Shown here piece after piece: positions 1 through 12,408 of a stretch of 64,000 nucleotides of DNA (positions within the stretch are counted from its first letter, which is position 1; each line of letters starts with the position of its first letter). The DNA comes from Takakia lepidozioides (Eukaryota > Plantae > Bryophyta). Under the pieces are notes generated by a model. The model made no database searches. It saw nothing but the letters and a program-made list of their open reading frames with translations, and had not been told where the DNA came from. A program made the position numbers and the translations under genes. The DNA is taken from assembly GCA_030704615.1 (NCBI GenBank), contig CM060732.1, positions 19,716,001 through 19,780,000 on the forward strand, read 5' to 3'.

Positions 1-2020
1 ATCTAAGTCCAAGTGCAATCCCCTATGTATCAAAGTGCATATCCTATGTCAAGACCCAAATGCAACCTCTAGGGTAGCCTTTGCTGTTGGCCCAAGTGTC
101 CAATGTCATTTAAGTAAGTTTTTTTTCCACAAAGCCTACGACCAGATTTGAACCGGAGACCTTTCCCTTGATATCTCTCCCCTCGAGGCTCCAACCATTG
201 TCCCAGGAATGCCCACTTTGCCATTTTTGCTATATTTTGTGAATTTCCAACGACCAAAAGTAATTGGAATTCCACATCTCCCACATGCCTCGCAGTTTCG
301 GACATCTCAACGTGACAAAACAAAACAAAACAAACAAATTGACTTCCTTCATATATTGACCTGGGTAGCCTGTGCCGTTGGCCCAAGTGTCCAGTATCAT
401 CAAGTCCACTGCAATCCCTATGTATCCAAGTACATCTCCTATGTCGAGGCCCGTGTGTGAAAAATTGAAATCTAAGCCCAAGTACAATCTCTTATGTATC
501 CAAGTGCTTCTCCCATGTAGAGGCCCAAGTGCTACCTCGAGTGTCCAATGTCATCTAAGTCCAAGCGCAATCCCAAAGCCCACTTTGCTATTTTTGCAAT
601 CTCCCTTGTCGAGGCTTCATATATAGATATATTCACTTTGCTATTTTTCATGAATTTCCAGCGACCAAAAGCACTGAAATTCCAAATCTGCCACATGATG
701 GGCCAATCATAGCTCTAGGAAAGCCCACTTTGCTATTTTTTTCGAATTTCCAGCAACCTGAAGCACTTGAAATTCCATATCTCCCACACCGCCGGTCCAA
801 AAATCATGAGATCAAGCCGGTGCACCCCTCCTCATCGAGGGCTTTCCAATGGCACCAAGCACCTGGGCTGGGCCCCGCGGTTTGGGAGATCTCAACGACG
901 CTACAAAACAAAACAAATGTCTCGATTCATATATTGACATGAATGATTGATATGAATCGAGACGTTTGTTTTGTTTTGTAGCGTCATTGAGACTAGACAT
1001 AGGAGACGCACTTGAATGCATAGGAGATTGCACTTGGGCATTCCTAGGACAATGGTTGGAGCCTCGACAGGAGAGATATCAAGGGAAAGGTCTCCGGTTC
1101 AAATCTGGTCGTAGGCTCTCTGGGAAAAAAAAAAAAACGATTAGATGTGGGATTGCACTTGGACTTAGATGAGAGTGGACACTTGGACCTGTACATGGGA
1201 GATGCACTTTGATACATGAATAGAAGATTGTACTTGGGCTTAGATTTCAATCCTTCACACCTATGCCAACGGCATAGGCTACACTAGAGGTCGCACTTAG
1301 GCCATGACATAGGAGACTCACTTGGATATATAAGAAATTGCACTTGGGCTTAGATTTCAATTCTTCACACATGGGCCTTGACATCGGAGACGCTACTTGA
1401 ATACATAGGGGATTGCACTTTGACTTAGATTTCAATTCTTAACACCTTAGGCCTAGATCTCCCAAACAGGAGGGTCTCTAGATACATACGGGATTGCACT
1501 AGATGACACTGGACACTTGGGCCAACGGCACAGGCTGGTCAATATATGAATCGAGACGTTTATTTTGTTTTGTTTTGTTTTGTTTTGTTTGTTTTGTTTT
1601 GTCACGTCGAGATGTCCCAAACCACGGCGCAGCCCTTTGATGCTCGGTACTGTTGGAGGAGCTTCGGCAGGGAGAGATATCAAGGTAAAGGTCTATGGTT
1701 CAACTCTGTCGTAGGCTCTGTGGAAAAAAAAATTGATTAGATATGGCTTGCTTCATATATTGATGCACTTGGACTTGTGTTGTTCTAACCCCTGGCCGTG
1801 CTGCACAAGTGCAGATCATGACTTCATGCTTTCTGCTTTTTAAAACTTGGCTATGTGCAGTGGTGGAGCTGCATCAGCTTTGTTGGCTTGGCTTAATTTC
1901 ACCAGCTAGCTTTAGTCTTTTTGTATAGACATCTGATTGTGAGAGAGATGAGAGCTACAAAACTGCTCTTATGAGCTTGGATGACATTGGACACTTGGGC
2001 CAACGGCACAGGCTACCCTA
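1..2020. mobile_element. Cluster of non-autonomous Helitron units; minus-oriented 1-~937, plus-oriented ~947-2020
   Basis: The 3' motif gggccaacggcacaggctaccctag and 5' motif tcaatatatgaatcgagacg recur; same family as the intact copy at 60515-60977. Confidence 0.75.
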
Positions 2021-2991
2021 TTGTTCAATTATTGATTGGTATTTGTGTGTTTTGGATGGTGTTGGTTATTGTGACTTTGTTTTTTCTTATTTTTTTATTT
2101 TTTTATTATAGGATACCAAAGCTGTAAATAGTTGGAACTTGGATCTTGTAGTTATATTAGGGGTGCCTATTTTACATTAGGGTTTAGGGACAGAAATAGG
2201 CACAGAAACCCCTATTTCGCGTGTAGGAACCCTATCCGCGTGTATTCTATTTCCGTGGAAACATGGGTACCCTATAGCCATATTTTTGTGTTCACGCCTC
2301 CATTTTCCTGTGCTCACCGCTGTGTTCACATTCTACCAACCCCAAGTTGTTGTGGAGGAAGTACCTAGGAGCCAACAAGAGTAGTTCGGGGGAAAAATTG
2401 AATGTCAACAAAATCGAGACTGGGGGAAACACATAACACACCACAATTGCCTGTTGGCCGATTGTGCTTGCAAGCTTCTGATTGGTTGCTGTAGACAATA
2501 AACAACATGTAGAAATTAGATATATGCTAATTTTGGAGGTTGGGTAGCGAATATTAAGGATATTCCCTAGATGCCTTTCAAATATTCTCTAGCGAAACTA
2601 AAATTAAGAAACTAAAAACTTTGCGAAACTTTTTTTTCTGCTCACATAGGCCCTCACAACATCACTTAAGAAACAAGTAACACCTATACAGTCCGGGTCG
2701 GCAGTTTAAGCCCCATAAAAGTTATTTTCGCATTGAGAAAATAAATCTGAAGGTACTCATATGCACTATGCCTGTTAACATGTAATTCCTATGACTGCGG
2801 TTTGAAAACATTTAACCCCTATGACCGCGGGTTGTGCTCACAGGATACCAACCCCCCTAATTCTGTCCAAAATCGGTTCTTATTTTTTATCCCTACCCGA
2901 GGTTCCGGGTGTCTATACTCGACCCCGGAACCGCCAGTTCTTTCACCTCAAATGGGAGAACCGCCCCACATGCCCATTACTGGGTAAAAAC

Positions 2992-3297
2992 CAGTGTTGG
3001 GAGGTTCTTTAATTCAGCTACAAATCCCCGGAGGTTGCCAAGTTATATGGATCTATAACCGCGGTTCTAAAAAAAACAAAGAACCGGCAAAGGCTCATAA
3101 CTGCCGGTTACATAGTTTTGAAGTAACCAGCCTGAAAACCGTCAAAGATCCGCCAAAGACCCGCCCGTTATTTGATGAAAACCCCCGGTTCTTTGAGGTT
3201 CTTACAATTAACCGGAACTGGTGGTTCTTTCCGTAAGAAACATCTGAAAAAACCGGAACGGAGGTTATAAAAGAGATCAAATAACCCCCCAACATTG
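2992..3297. mobile_element. hAT-type MITE
   Basis: TIR cagtgttggg...cccaacattg; 8-bp TSD gtaaaaac (2984-2991) / gtaaaaat (3298-3305); many aaccgg subterminal motifs. Confidence 0.8.
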
Positions 3298-5669
3298 GTA
3301 AAAATGTAAAAACGTGAAGGCGGGGCAAATGATTAATCCTCTTCAAATTCTACAGAATCACCAAGCAATATCCATTATATCTGCCAATAGTCAAACCTGG
3401 ATAAATGTTACCTCTCCAAGCATTATTTTACTCTGTTTGTTTATTTAGTTTTTCGACTATCATAAATTTTACAATTGAAGTGTTCTATTGAAACATGCCT
3501 ACTGGTCTACTCCCTCCTATTATTTCATCTATTCAATGTTATTTCATCCATCAGAATGAGTCTTTTTTTTGGCTTTTTTTTTAAAGGGAACAGGGAATAA
3601 TGAGTCTTAAATACATCATCTAGTGCGCAGGAGTTTTGTTGGCCAGGTGCATTAAAATATAGGATGAGAGCATCATCACAGGGATCTCCTCTGCAGCATC
3701 GCGCCATCCCAAAATGAGCATTCATGTTCCAACAAGCCTTTCAACGATTTGATTTGATTTGATGGGGTCATTGGATGGATTTGCTCAGAAAGCACTTCCT
3801 ACTTCCTGAATCCTATATGTCAGGGAATTGTACCTCGCTCATTCAAACTCTGCCCGATGTTTTGTAAGTTAATGTACATTTGGCTTCCGCCGGCCAAAAC
3901 AATCCGGACAGTGTGTACAGAGGACCTTAATCTCACTTCTTTAGTCAATGGGAAGGAGCCAGTTGATCAAATTAAGCGAGGAAAAAAGGCTTAACAAGCG
4001 CCATCTCAGATTGAAACTCCGCCCAGTGTTCCGTTTTGGAGTGGGCCCACCGAAAACGGGCTCTCCAAGGGACCAGGCAATAGGCCAAAGGTCACAGCAG
4101 GACCAGTACAAAAATGATAAGTTGCCACTATAGCTATATATTTTTTTGAGTGTGAAACAATGACCCAACTCGAAGGATATTAATCTATGTGGGAGATGCC
4201 TTTTACAAGGTCAGCGTGGCGGTAGAGGACCAATCCAAGTGTGTTTTGGGGGCACCAGTGCAACTGTAAGTGGCACTCTGTAAAGCCGAACAAATCAAAT
4301 GAGGTTGCAACTTTCTCCACTACTTGGAATCTGAATCTGTTTCACTACAGCAGAGCCTGTTATCCACATGCACACTTTTTCTTGCATGACTGGCAAGGTA
4401 TCTTGTTCTAGCGACGAACTGAAGGTCGGAGACTAGTTTAGCGTAGAGCAGGAATAGGGTGCCATAGTACCACGCCATCCTAGCCACATCATCATCGTCA
4501 GGCCACTTGGTCGTCATTTTGATGTGTTGGTTGTAACGGAACCTTGCAGAGACGGCGACTTTCAAACACTCGAGTGAAACTCTTATACTGGTTCAGCTCC
4601 TGTTGTTCCCACCTCCATCATCAGAATTTTGGGCAACTGCACAGATTTCATCAATTCAAACTCAGGGCCGTACCACACTAGCGGCAAGAGGGGCAGCGGC
4701 ACTCAATTTGGGGCCCTCCTATTGGTTTAAGGGAGGGCAGTGTGCCACTCTGCCTACCACACCAGTGGCTGCTGCCGGGGAGAGGCTCCGACCTGGTGCC
4801 TACATGTCACATAATGCGGATTTCCAGGCAGTGTCCCCTGGAAATCCACAATTTTAGGAAAACACTTTGTCGTGATGTGATTCTCACTCCCGCCATCGCG
4901 AAGCTGGTCTCTCCAAGACCCCGTCGTGCGATGGTCTCTCCTACCAAGTTTTTTTTGGCCGTTGGGCTTATGCTATAGTGTGGTAGCCGGTTCATTACCG
5001 CTCTATGACATGGACCTATATCATCCAGCAATCCCTAGCCTGCAATGTACTCGTCCGTGCCGTTGGTGTACTGCTAGTGTGGTACGGCTCTCAATTACAA
5101 AACAAATCACTCTACCTGGGTTTGAGCCTTTAGGGCTCGTCTGCTACAGTACGGTCGCCATCATCATTTCATGGTAGGATTAGCTCTGCACATTAATTGT
5201 TGTGTATAGGTGTATTGTGGTAACCTGGGAAGCAATGGGGCTTGTGCTGGCTTATGGATATTTTGGTTGTGGGCTTCTTTCTGGTGTTCCAATATGGGAG
5301 GAGGCACAAGGTCACAGTCACGTGTGATCTAAATGCGTGTGCCAGCCTAGTAGACCTGGAAAAGGGGAAGGATCCATGCTCACATCAGGGTTTTTTTTTT
5401 CATTTTGGCTAAGAAGCGTAGATGGCTACAAAATTTGAAAGCTAAGAGCCCACTCACAATCTGAAATCTAAAATAATTAATCAAAGAAGTCCAAAGATGG
5501 CCAGCAAAAACCATAGCCTCAATTTCAAATAGCAAGGGTTCAGGTCGTGCTCCATGGCGAGATCTCCATTGTTGATTGGGCAATGGGGCGACAGCCGCTA
5601 GATGTAGGGCTGTGGGGAACAACCTGCTAGGTGACAACCTGATACCCACACCTTAATCTGCGATTCATA

Positions 5670-6062
5670 TGTGGGAGCATGAGCGATGCGCATCAAGTGT
5701 TTGTAAATGTAGCTCAACGAAATGTGGTCTCCTGGAATGCCATGGTCACAGGATATACTCAGCATGGATACGATGGTGGTAGGGATGCTTTCAAAACGTA
5801 TGAGCAGATGCAACAGGAAGGGGTGATGCCTGACAAGGTCGCGTTCATTTGAATCCTACATGTGTGCGCACCCCTAAGAGCCCTGCAAAAGAGTGAAGAG
5901 GTCCAAACTGATATCAACAAAGCTGGAATTGCCCCATGTATCAATTTGGAGAATGCCCTTGTCCACATGTATGCCAAATGTGGAAGCATGAAGGAAGCGT
6001 GTCAAGTTTTCAACATGATGGCTAAACGAGATGTGGTCTCATGGAGCACTATTATCACAGGA
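5670..6062 (+). pseudogene. PLS-class pentatricopeptide repeat gene fragment
   Basis: Translates CGSMSDAHQVF..RNVVSWNAMVTGY..MQQEGVMPDKVAFI*ILHVC..LENALVHMYAKCGSMKEACQVF..RDVVSWSTIITG; in-frame TGA at 5850-5852; no start and no E/DYW domain. Confidence 0.85.
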
Positions 6063-6589
6063 AAGAGAGAGGTTAGTTTATGGAATTCCTTGCAATCAAT
6101 CCTCAATAAGACTCATACTACCGTGTGGTTTAAGTGGTGTTTGCATGCAGACCAAACAATGAGCAGACATCATCCGTGGGAGGAGTACTTCTGAGTACTT
6201 CTGAAGTGTTTTCCAACTCTCTTGTTGCATCTGGTTACGGCGCAAAGTACACCGGTCAGATTAATATAAAATGAAACAAGCCTCAAATCGCAATGGGCAC
6301 TCTTGCTTCGGCAAAACATAAGAGGAAGGGAAAACTAGGGAGCATGACTTAGTATAACACACCCATGCGGTGCCTTGACACGGTGTAAGGTCCTTTAACC
6401 ACATTTTCTCCATTGACATGATGCTAGTCTCTCTTAGAAAGAGAGCCAATAAATGTCCATCTTTTCATAAAACTTGAAAATAGCCCATCTATCTAGACGT
6501 CAGAAGTCGTCGCTGGTAGTGCGCTAGGGGTGGAGCAACACGAAGCCCTAGTGTGATAAAAGAGAAATGGCCTCATATGGAAAACAGTC

Positions 6590-6804
6590 GCCAACAGTTG
6601 GTAGCTCAGTTAGATAGTGCACTGAGTGCCACCCAGATGGTTCTGGGGTCAAATCCTGTCAAATCCTTCCCTTGGGCGGTATCCCATGCAAAAGCCTTCA
6701 CTGCGAGGTTACTTTGAAAGAGGTTATTTTTTCCTCTCACTATAATTAAGGGGCCTGATTTGTGAGCTGTCGCTCCAAGGTGTTTCCTTTCATTTTCAAA
6801 AAAC
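6590..6804 (+). mobile_element. tRNA-derived SINE (family A)
   Basis: A box tagctcagttagatag, B box ggtcaaatcc, A-rich tail, TSD aaaacagtc (6581-6589/6805-6813); second copy at 40865-41083. Confidence 0.8.
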
Positions 6805-6873
6805 AAAACAGTCTGTAATTGAAAAAACGAAAAGGCATCAAGCTTCAGACAACCAGAATTGTAAACTGTGAGC

Positions 6874-7096
6874 ACATCAGCTGGTAGCTCAGCTGGTAAG
6901 TGCATGGTGTGTCGCCCTGGTGGTTCGGGGTTCAAACCCGCTGCCCTGCCCCATGTGCGGGATTGTTCATGCTGGGCATTGATCATCCTGTAGGCCTCAT
7001 GGCCCATAAATGAAAGGGCTAATTTTTCCCCCTCCTCAAGGGCCTGAATTGTGGGCTGCTCCCAGGTTCCTTTTTATTATTAAAAAGGAACAAAAA
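6874..7096 (+). mobile_element. tRNA-derived SINE (family B)
   Basis: A box tagctcagctggtaag, B box ggttcaaacc, A-rich tail, TSD aaactgtgagc/aaactgagagc. Confidence 0.75.
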
Positions 7097-7461
7097 AAAC
7101 TGAGAGCTTATCGTCGTCAAGATTGCCACTAGGGAGATCCATTTGAAGGTACCCATGGTCAAGGTCCAGTTGGGCTTATGACAATCAAGTGGACAAACCT
7201 CTGCTTCCATACTCGGTCGTCCCTTGGCGTACAATTCATTCAAGTTGCATTCCTCAGCGGACTGGGCAATACTAGACCCCAAACCTACTTAAGAGGAGCA
7301 GCTTACACAGCACATCCCCTACTGTGCACGAATACTTTGTACGGCCCTTGTAGAGTTAGATGGCCATCACACCCACCAATGTGCCTTGGTACTAATGTGC
7401 TACCAGAAACCTCCTGTTGAAGTGCTGAAGCAGCATCAGCTCCCTCTTCTGCGTGTCCTTA

Positions 7462-7516
7462 CATTGATACGGAGATTGATACGGAGATTGAGATTGATAC
7501 AGAGATTGATACGGAG
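7462..7516. repeat. Short tandem repeat (gattgatacgga, ~4 copies)
   Basis: Directly visible 12-bp unit downstream of the SMN stop codon. Confidence 0.8.
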
Positions 7517-7687
7517 CATTCAATCAATACCTTGACACTTATCCAGACTTCGAGCTAAGCCATTTTTTGTGACCCAAGGTGGAATCTGTCAGCAGATTTT
7601 GGAATCTCTGAGAGTAGCAATTCAGCTACCCAGCTCCTTTTCCACAAGTGTGAAGACAGATTAGAGCTCAGCATTTTTCAGAGACAT

Positions 7688-10600
7688 TCAAGACTGCGGA
7701 CCTGTCACCTGTGAATCTCCCACCCGCTCCAAATATCTGCCCTCCTTGCAACACAAGACATCCTGTCAGTTCAGACAGTAAAACACAGGACTTCTTTGGG
7801 TTACAGCATATGGCAGAAAGATTGGCCAGCAAATCCCTATAAAATGCACGTTAAATAGGTAGGCTGGCTTCGGAAAGTCCAACTGATTCGCAGATGTAAC
7901 ACACTCATAGAGGAACGTCTCCGTAGACGTCAGTGGAGATCCTAAAACATTCTGCACCCATCAGTGCCCAATGGGCCTACCGTAATGTGACCCATGGCCA
8001 GAGTATAAACAAACCAACCTGATGACATACATCTGCTACACCAACCACCTTGAGAATGTCAACATCAGATCTGAGACTTTCGGAAGTCCAACATGTTTCA
8101 ATGGAGAACACAACAGCCAAGAATCTTGACCTATTCAATACCGGATAATCCATGCATATGATGATCAACATAGGAACAATCTCCCAGAGACAGCAGAGAG
8201 TTGTGAGAATGACCTGGCTGTTGAGTAGCCTGCCTGAAACCAAGCAAGCAACATCTTGCTGAGGTCATCCTTTTCTTTCTCAAGTTCAATGCCTGCCACA
8301 AGCCCTCCATCTGAATTAGTTTGAGTGGACATGACGGTATCCATGATGGCTCAGCTTTGAAAGAAAACTGACTATATAGACCATTTCTTCCTGCAACTGC
8401 ACTGTTGTGATGTCCATAAGTCTCAAGCTGACTCCATGAAATTTTGTGACAAATTAAGGGCCATGCACTGACTGCACCCAGAACTCCCTATGGCAATTCC
8501 AGGATACCAGGTGGACTGCAACCCCACATTGAATTTTAGTGCCCCATAAGTACTACTATGTTCCGGTCTAAAGGCATCATCAGGTGCTCTAGTTAGTTAA
8601 TCAAGCTCACTGGCACTCAAATTTCTGCTTTGGCTTTGAATTGGTTGGGTATCCCCATGTAGCGAGGAAAGGCCCTCGTATAGAAGCAGCCAATCCACCT
8701 GAATCAATGCACCAGCTGTTTAGACATCACGCTCACACACACAAAACACACTCAGCGTCTGTGGAGGGCCCAAAGGAAGAGGCACCTGTGGCAGAATTAT
8801 CAAAGGCTTCTGATGGTAACACCTCTTTCTTTGAAACTACACATCTGACAGCCTCCGCGGCCGCATTAGCAACTCTTTCAGCAGCTGCAACTCTACCAGA
8901 ATCCTGAACTGATGGGGGCCAAATAGGCAAAGATGGTCCAGCTGCAGGGTGCGCGTGGCCATATCCATACCAAGACCCGTACGGCACACTTGGATCATTG
9001 CTGGATGACTGAGCAGCATTCAACAAAGGAGCAGGACCTGCAGGGTACGAAATGTGGTGCTCAGTTACGTATGCTTAGACATGGCAGCTATTTGGGCCTG
9101 GTTCACCCATGTGGCACTGGTCTTTGCATTGGTTGACACAGCAATGTTCAACTTCTCTCTATTTTCCCATCCACCATTACCCTGCACCATGCCTCAGCAC
9201 TTTCCCAAAATCATGTGAAAACTGTAAACCAAAATCCATTACCTACTGCAGTGAACAAGCAGAATACAACAGGAAGAAAGCAAGTAACACTTCAAAGAAA
9301 ATAATTTATTTCAGAATTACTCATATTCTCTGAACATAAAGAAAATATCTCTTGAACCAACTGATATGGTGGACCTCACCTTCTAGGTGCCCGCAAGACC
9401 AGCAACCTTGGTGGTCATATGAAGGTGCATGGGGGCCCCAGTAAAATGGAGGGTAAGGCTGATTGGACATGGAAGCTGAGGAATAGCCACCCCAGTTGGT
9501 TTCTGAACCTGCACAACGACTCGATGGCCAAACAGTGTTGGTGTCATGTGAGGTCCTGTTTGCACCCACATTATCTGGCTGCTGGTACCACTGCTGATAC
9601 CACTGAAGATACAACTTTTGTCGCTGCTGTTCAAGCTCGTGAAACTCCCTTGCTTTCTGCTCCCACTGCACAATCAGTCAAGATTCTGTGTTTAGATTGC
9701 ATCTCATATTCTCTAGAAAGATGTCAACACTGCAATTTAAGCCAGCATTCCATCACAGACCAGAGTGCTAATTACTAATGTCAGTACTCATGATAAAATG
9801 GAAATCATATTATTCTGACTACTGAGTATTTCCTACTGCAGTGTTACGTAACCATAAGAATGCCCTATTAGCTACACCACTAATGTGAGTTATGTGCCAT
9901 TAGTCATGCCAGTCCACCTCAGAGTAGTGTGTAAGCTGTCTGCGCAAAATGACATCACATGGGTTCCATGGAAGAAGGATGCTTCATCTTTTCATTGGAC
10001 AGCATTGAGGCTGTTAGTGCATGATTCCATAGGAATTCTATGGTCATTACCTGCCTACCTTTTCCAACTACTCCAAGAGGAGCAACTCTATTAGGCGTAC
10101 TGCTAAAGCTCCTGCTTGCTGTACTAATAGGGCTCTTTCAAGCATGTGTAGGTGAGAGTTCAATCATATGGTAAGGAGTTTGAGGTAGAGCCAGATGGTG
10201 TCCTGGCTATCGCAAAGTCCCACTTGCAGTTCACTGCAAAGATGGCCCTTGCAAGATGAACATTCATGAATATGCAAAATATACCAAAGGGCCACATCAT
10301 TAAGACTTCCATAGTCTGTTGGTCCCAGACAAAGAAAGAGAATGGGCATATGATGTTTCCACCTGAGGCAGGCGTCCTACCTCATGGTTAGGCCACGCTT
10401 GTGGTTGCTGCTCCTGGGAGTAAGCCTTGTCCGCCTGGTGCTCAGTGGAACCTTCTGGATGTGAAGCCTCCTCTGCCAGCACAGTCGCCTCAAGCGTCTC
10501 ATCCTCACACTCAGGATGCTCCACAGCCTCTATTGTTCCCTCTATTTTTCCCTCTGTTACCTCCGCCTTGCTGTAATCCCAGCATGCCCCAACACATCAT

Positions 10601-11814
10601 GGTGAGTTGACCACTCCCTCATACCACATACGCCCTTCAGGATCCAATAATTTCAAGCACCGCATTTGCTGCTTCCACATAATCAAGGTTCTGTGTTACT
10701 GCTACCCACTGAATCAGACACTTCAACCCCACCCAATGTCCCAACAATAGAGAACCGCCAGATAAACAAACCTAACATAGCTTTGTTACTTTTGCAACAA
10801 CTTTTCCTGCATAGAGCCTCTGCTGCGACGGTGTTACTGCATTGTACTTTGGAGATATGCCAATCAATAGAAGTCGTATGACTAGGTATGGATGCCAAGT
10901 TGTCAAAAGTGCTAGAGACAACAGTAACATATAAGCACAACTCAACAAGAAGGTTGGCAAGAGAAATGACAGCTTAGGTTCTCGACAAGATCCTGCATAA
11001 GGAGAGCTGTCTTTGATGAAGGCAGATAAAAGTCCCCAACCACTCCCACATATTCCCATGCTAATTCAGAACTAAGAGGGAAAAAAAAACTATTGAAATA
11101 TTATTGAAGTGTTCACTAGTGGACATCAAGTTTCTGAACAATGAAGTTTTAAAATGCCTTAAGAACATGAGAAGAGGCCTAACCATGCTTACCAGTCCCA
11201 ATGGCCGTTACTGGTGTGGTCCCTGGCACCATCACGTTCCTCCCCTTGAGTGTCGGTTTGCAAGGAGCTGTTTTTGTTCTTGCGCAACATTCCCTGCAAG
11301 TCCATCACCCCAGCCACATGTACTCGTGGTAATCTCAATCGTCACCCCCGAAATAAGTGTGCTCACAAACGAAATTGGGTCATCCTTAAACCCTAAACCC
11401 GTCATGCAGCGGCAACAAGACGAGCTACGAGGGTCTCTTTGCACGTATGTGCTTGCTAAGAGAAATACAATTATGGAGGAATCTTGTAACACGTAGCTCC
11501 CGCTCTGAAATCTAAGCAAATGGAACAGTTACATGAGAGCATACTGTTCAAGCCCTACTCAATTCAGTGGAGTGCGTTAAACGCTTCCTGATATGACAAG
11601 AGCATCTCCTGACAGGAAAGATGGACGAGCATCCATGATACAATTTGTCAAAGACAGTTCGACCCTCCCCAAGCTTACACCATGTAGCTTCACCTGTTGC
11701 ATTCCTCCGTTTCTCAAATAGTAAAACATTGATCTAAGCTGAGATTACCTTGTATTTAGCCATAGCCAAACCGAAAGCTTCGATGAGCTTCGAATCGTCC
11801 CACACTTCCGACAT
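7688..11814 (-). CDS. SMN: Survival motor neuron (SMN)-like protein, ~346 aa, 7 exons
   Basis: Exons 11814-11749, 11293-11193, 10570-10381, 9665-9380, 9037-8786, 8310-8214, 7736-7688, all GT-AG and phase-consistent. N-terminus MSEVWDDSKLIEAFGLAMAKYK (Gemin2-binding motif); C-terminus DLSKMLLAWFQAGYSTARYL (YG-box-like); central FHELEQQRQKL. Internal exon set is less certain. Confidence 0.82.
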
Positions 11815-12408
11815 TATGCTTCCTGTTTCCCCTCACAGATCTTGCCACTCAGGAGGATCCACTTCCTTCTGCGAGGAAGAATTCGATGTACACGAAAGTA
11901 ATAGCAAATCTTGTCAAGACGCACTCCGCCGGACACGCAAACCCACAACCCATCTGCTAAGTAGAGCTATAGCTATCCAACCCTGCTCGCAGACATTCGC
12001 AGAACGGATGAACGCGTCGGACCCGCCACACAACAGTGACTTCGTTCATCTTCACTCTGAGGCTCTTGTTCGAATTTGCAGTTCCCGCCTCTGTAGCCCT
12101 GGCAGCAGGCCGGTCATCGTCTCCAGATTTCACACCCACTTTGTACTAAAGCATTTACTCTTTTCTTGCTTGCTGGGTGTTTGGTGTATTTGCAAGAAAT
12201 GCTCTCTACTGTTTTCCATGCGTGATCTGCTCGCTTCCAAACTCACTTGGTGATTGTACCTTCTGAACTTTACGTGGTGGGTTCTCGGTGCATTTGGGAG
12301 AGAGATACAAAGGAGTGAGAGCGACCTGGCATCCAAGAGTAGGATCGTTGATCGTGGGTACCAAAACTGGTGGACGTGGTAGCGTGCTTCTTAGTACGAG
12401 CAATCAAA
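11815..12408. promoter_or_regulatory. Putative bidirectional promoter plus 5' UTRs between SMN and CKS1
   Basis: Divergent ATGs are only 594 bp apart. Confidence 0.55.

Noticed and set aside
69-1740. Many 60-105 aa ORFs (FVLFCFV, GKGLRFKSGRR)
   Set aside because: Chance translations of the non-coding Helitron repeat; they recur wherever the repeat does
5850-5852. Stop codon repaired by U-to-C RNA editing
   Set aside because: Such editing is organellar; this is a nuclear fragment that also lacks a start and an end
6590-7096. Possible tRNA genes
   Set aside because: No complete cloverleaf; long unrelated bodies, A-tails and TSDs indicate SINEs
11750-12253. 167-aa plus-strand ORF
   Set aside because: No recognisable motif; overlaps SMN exon 1 in antisense and the promoter
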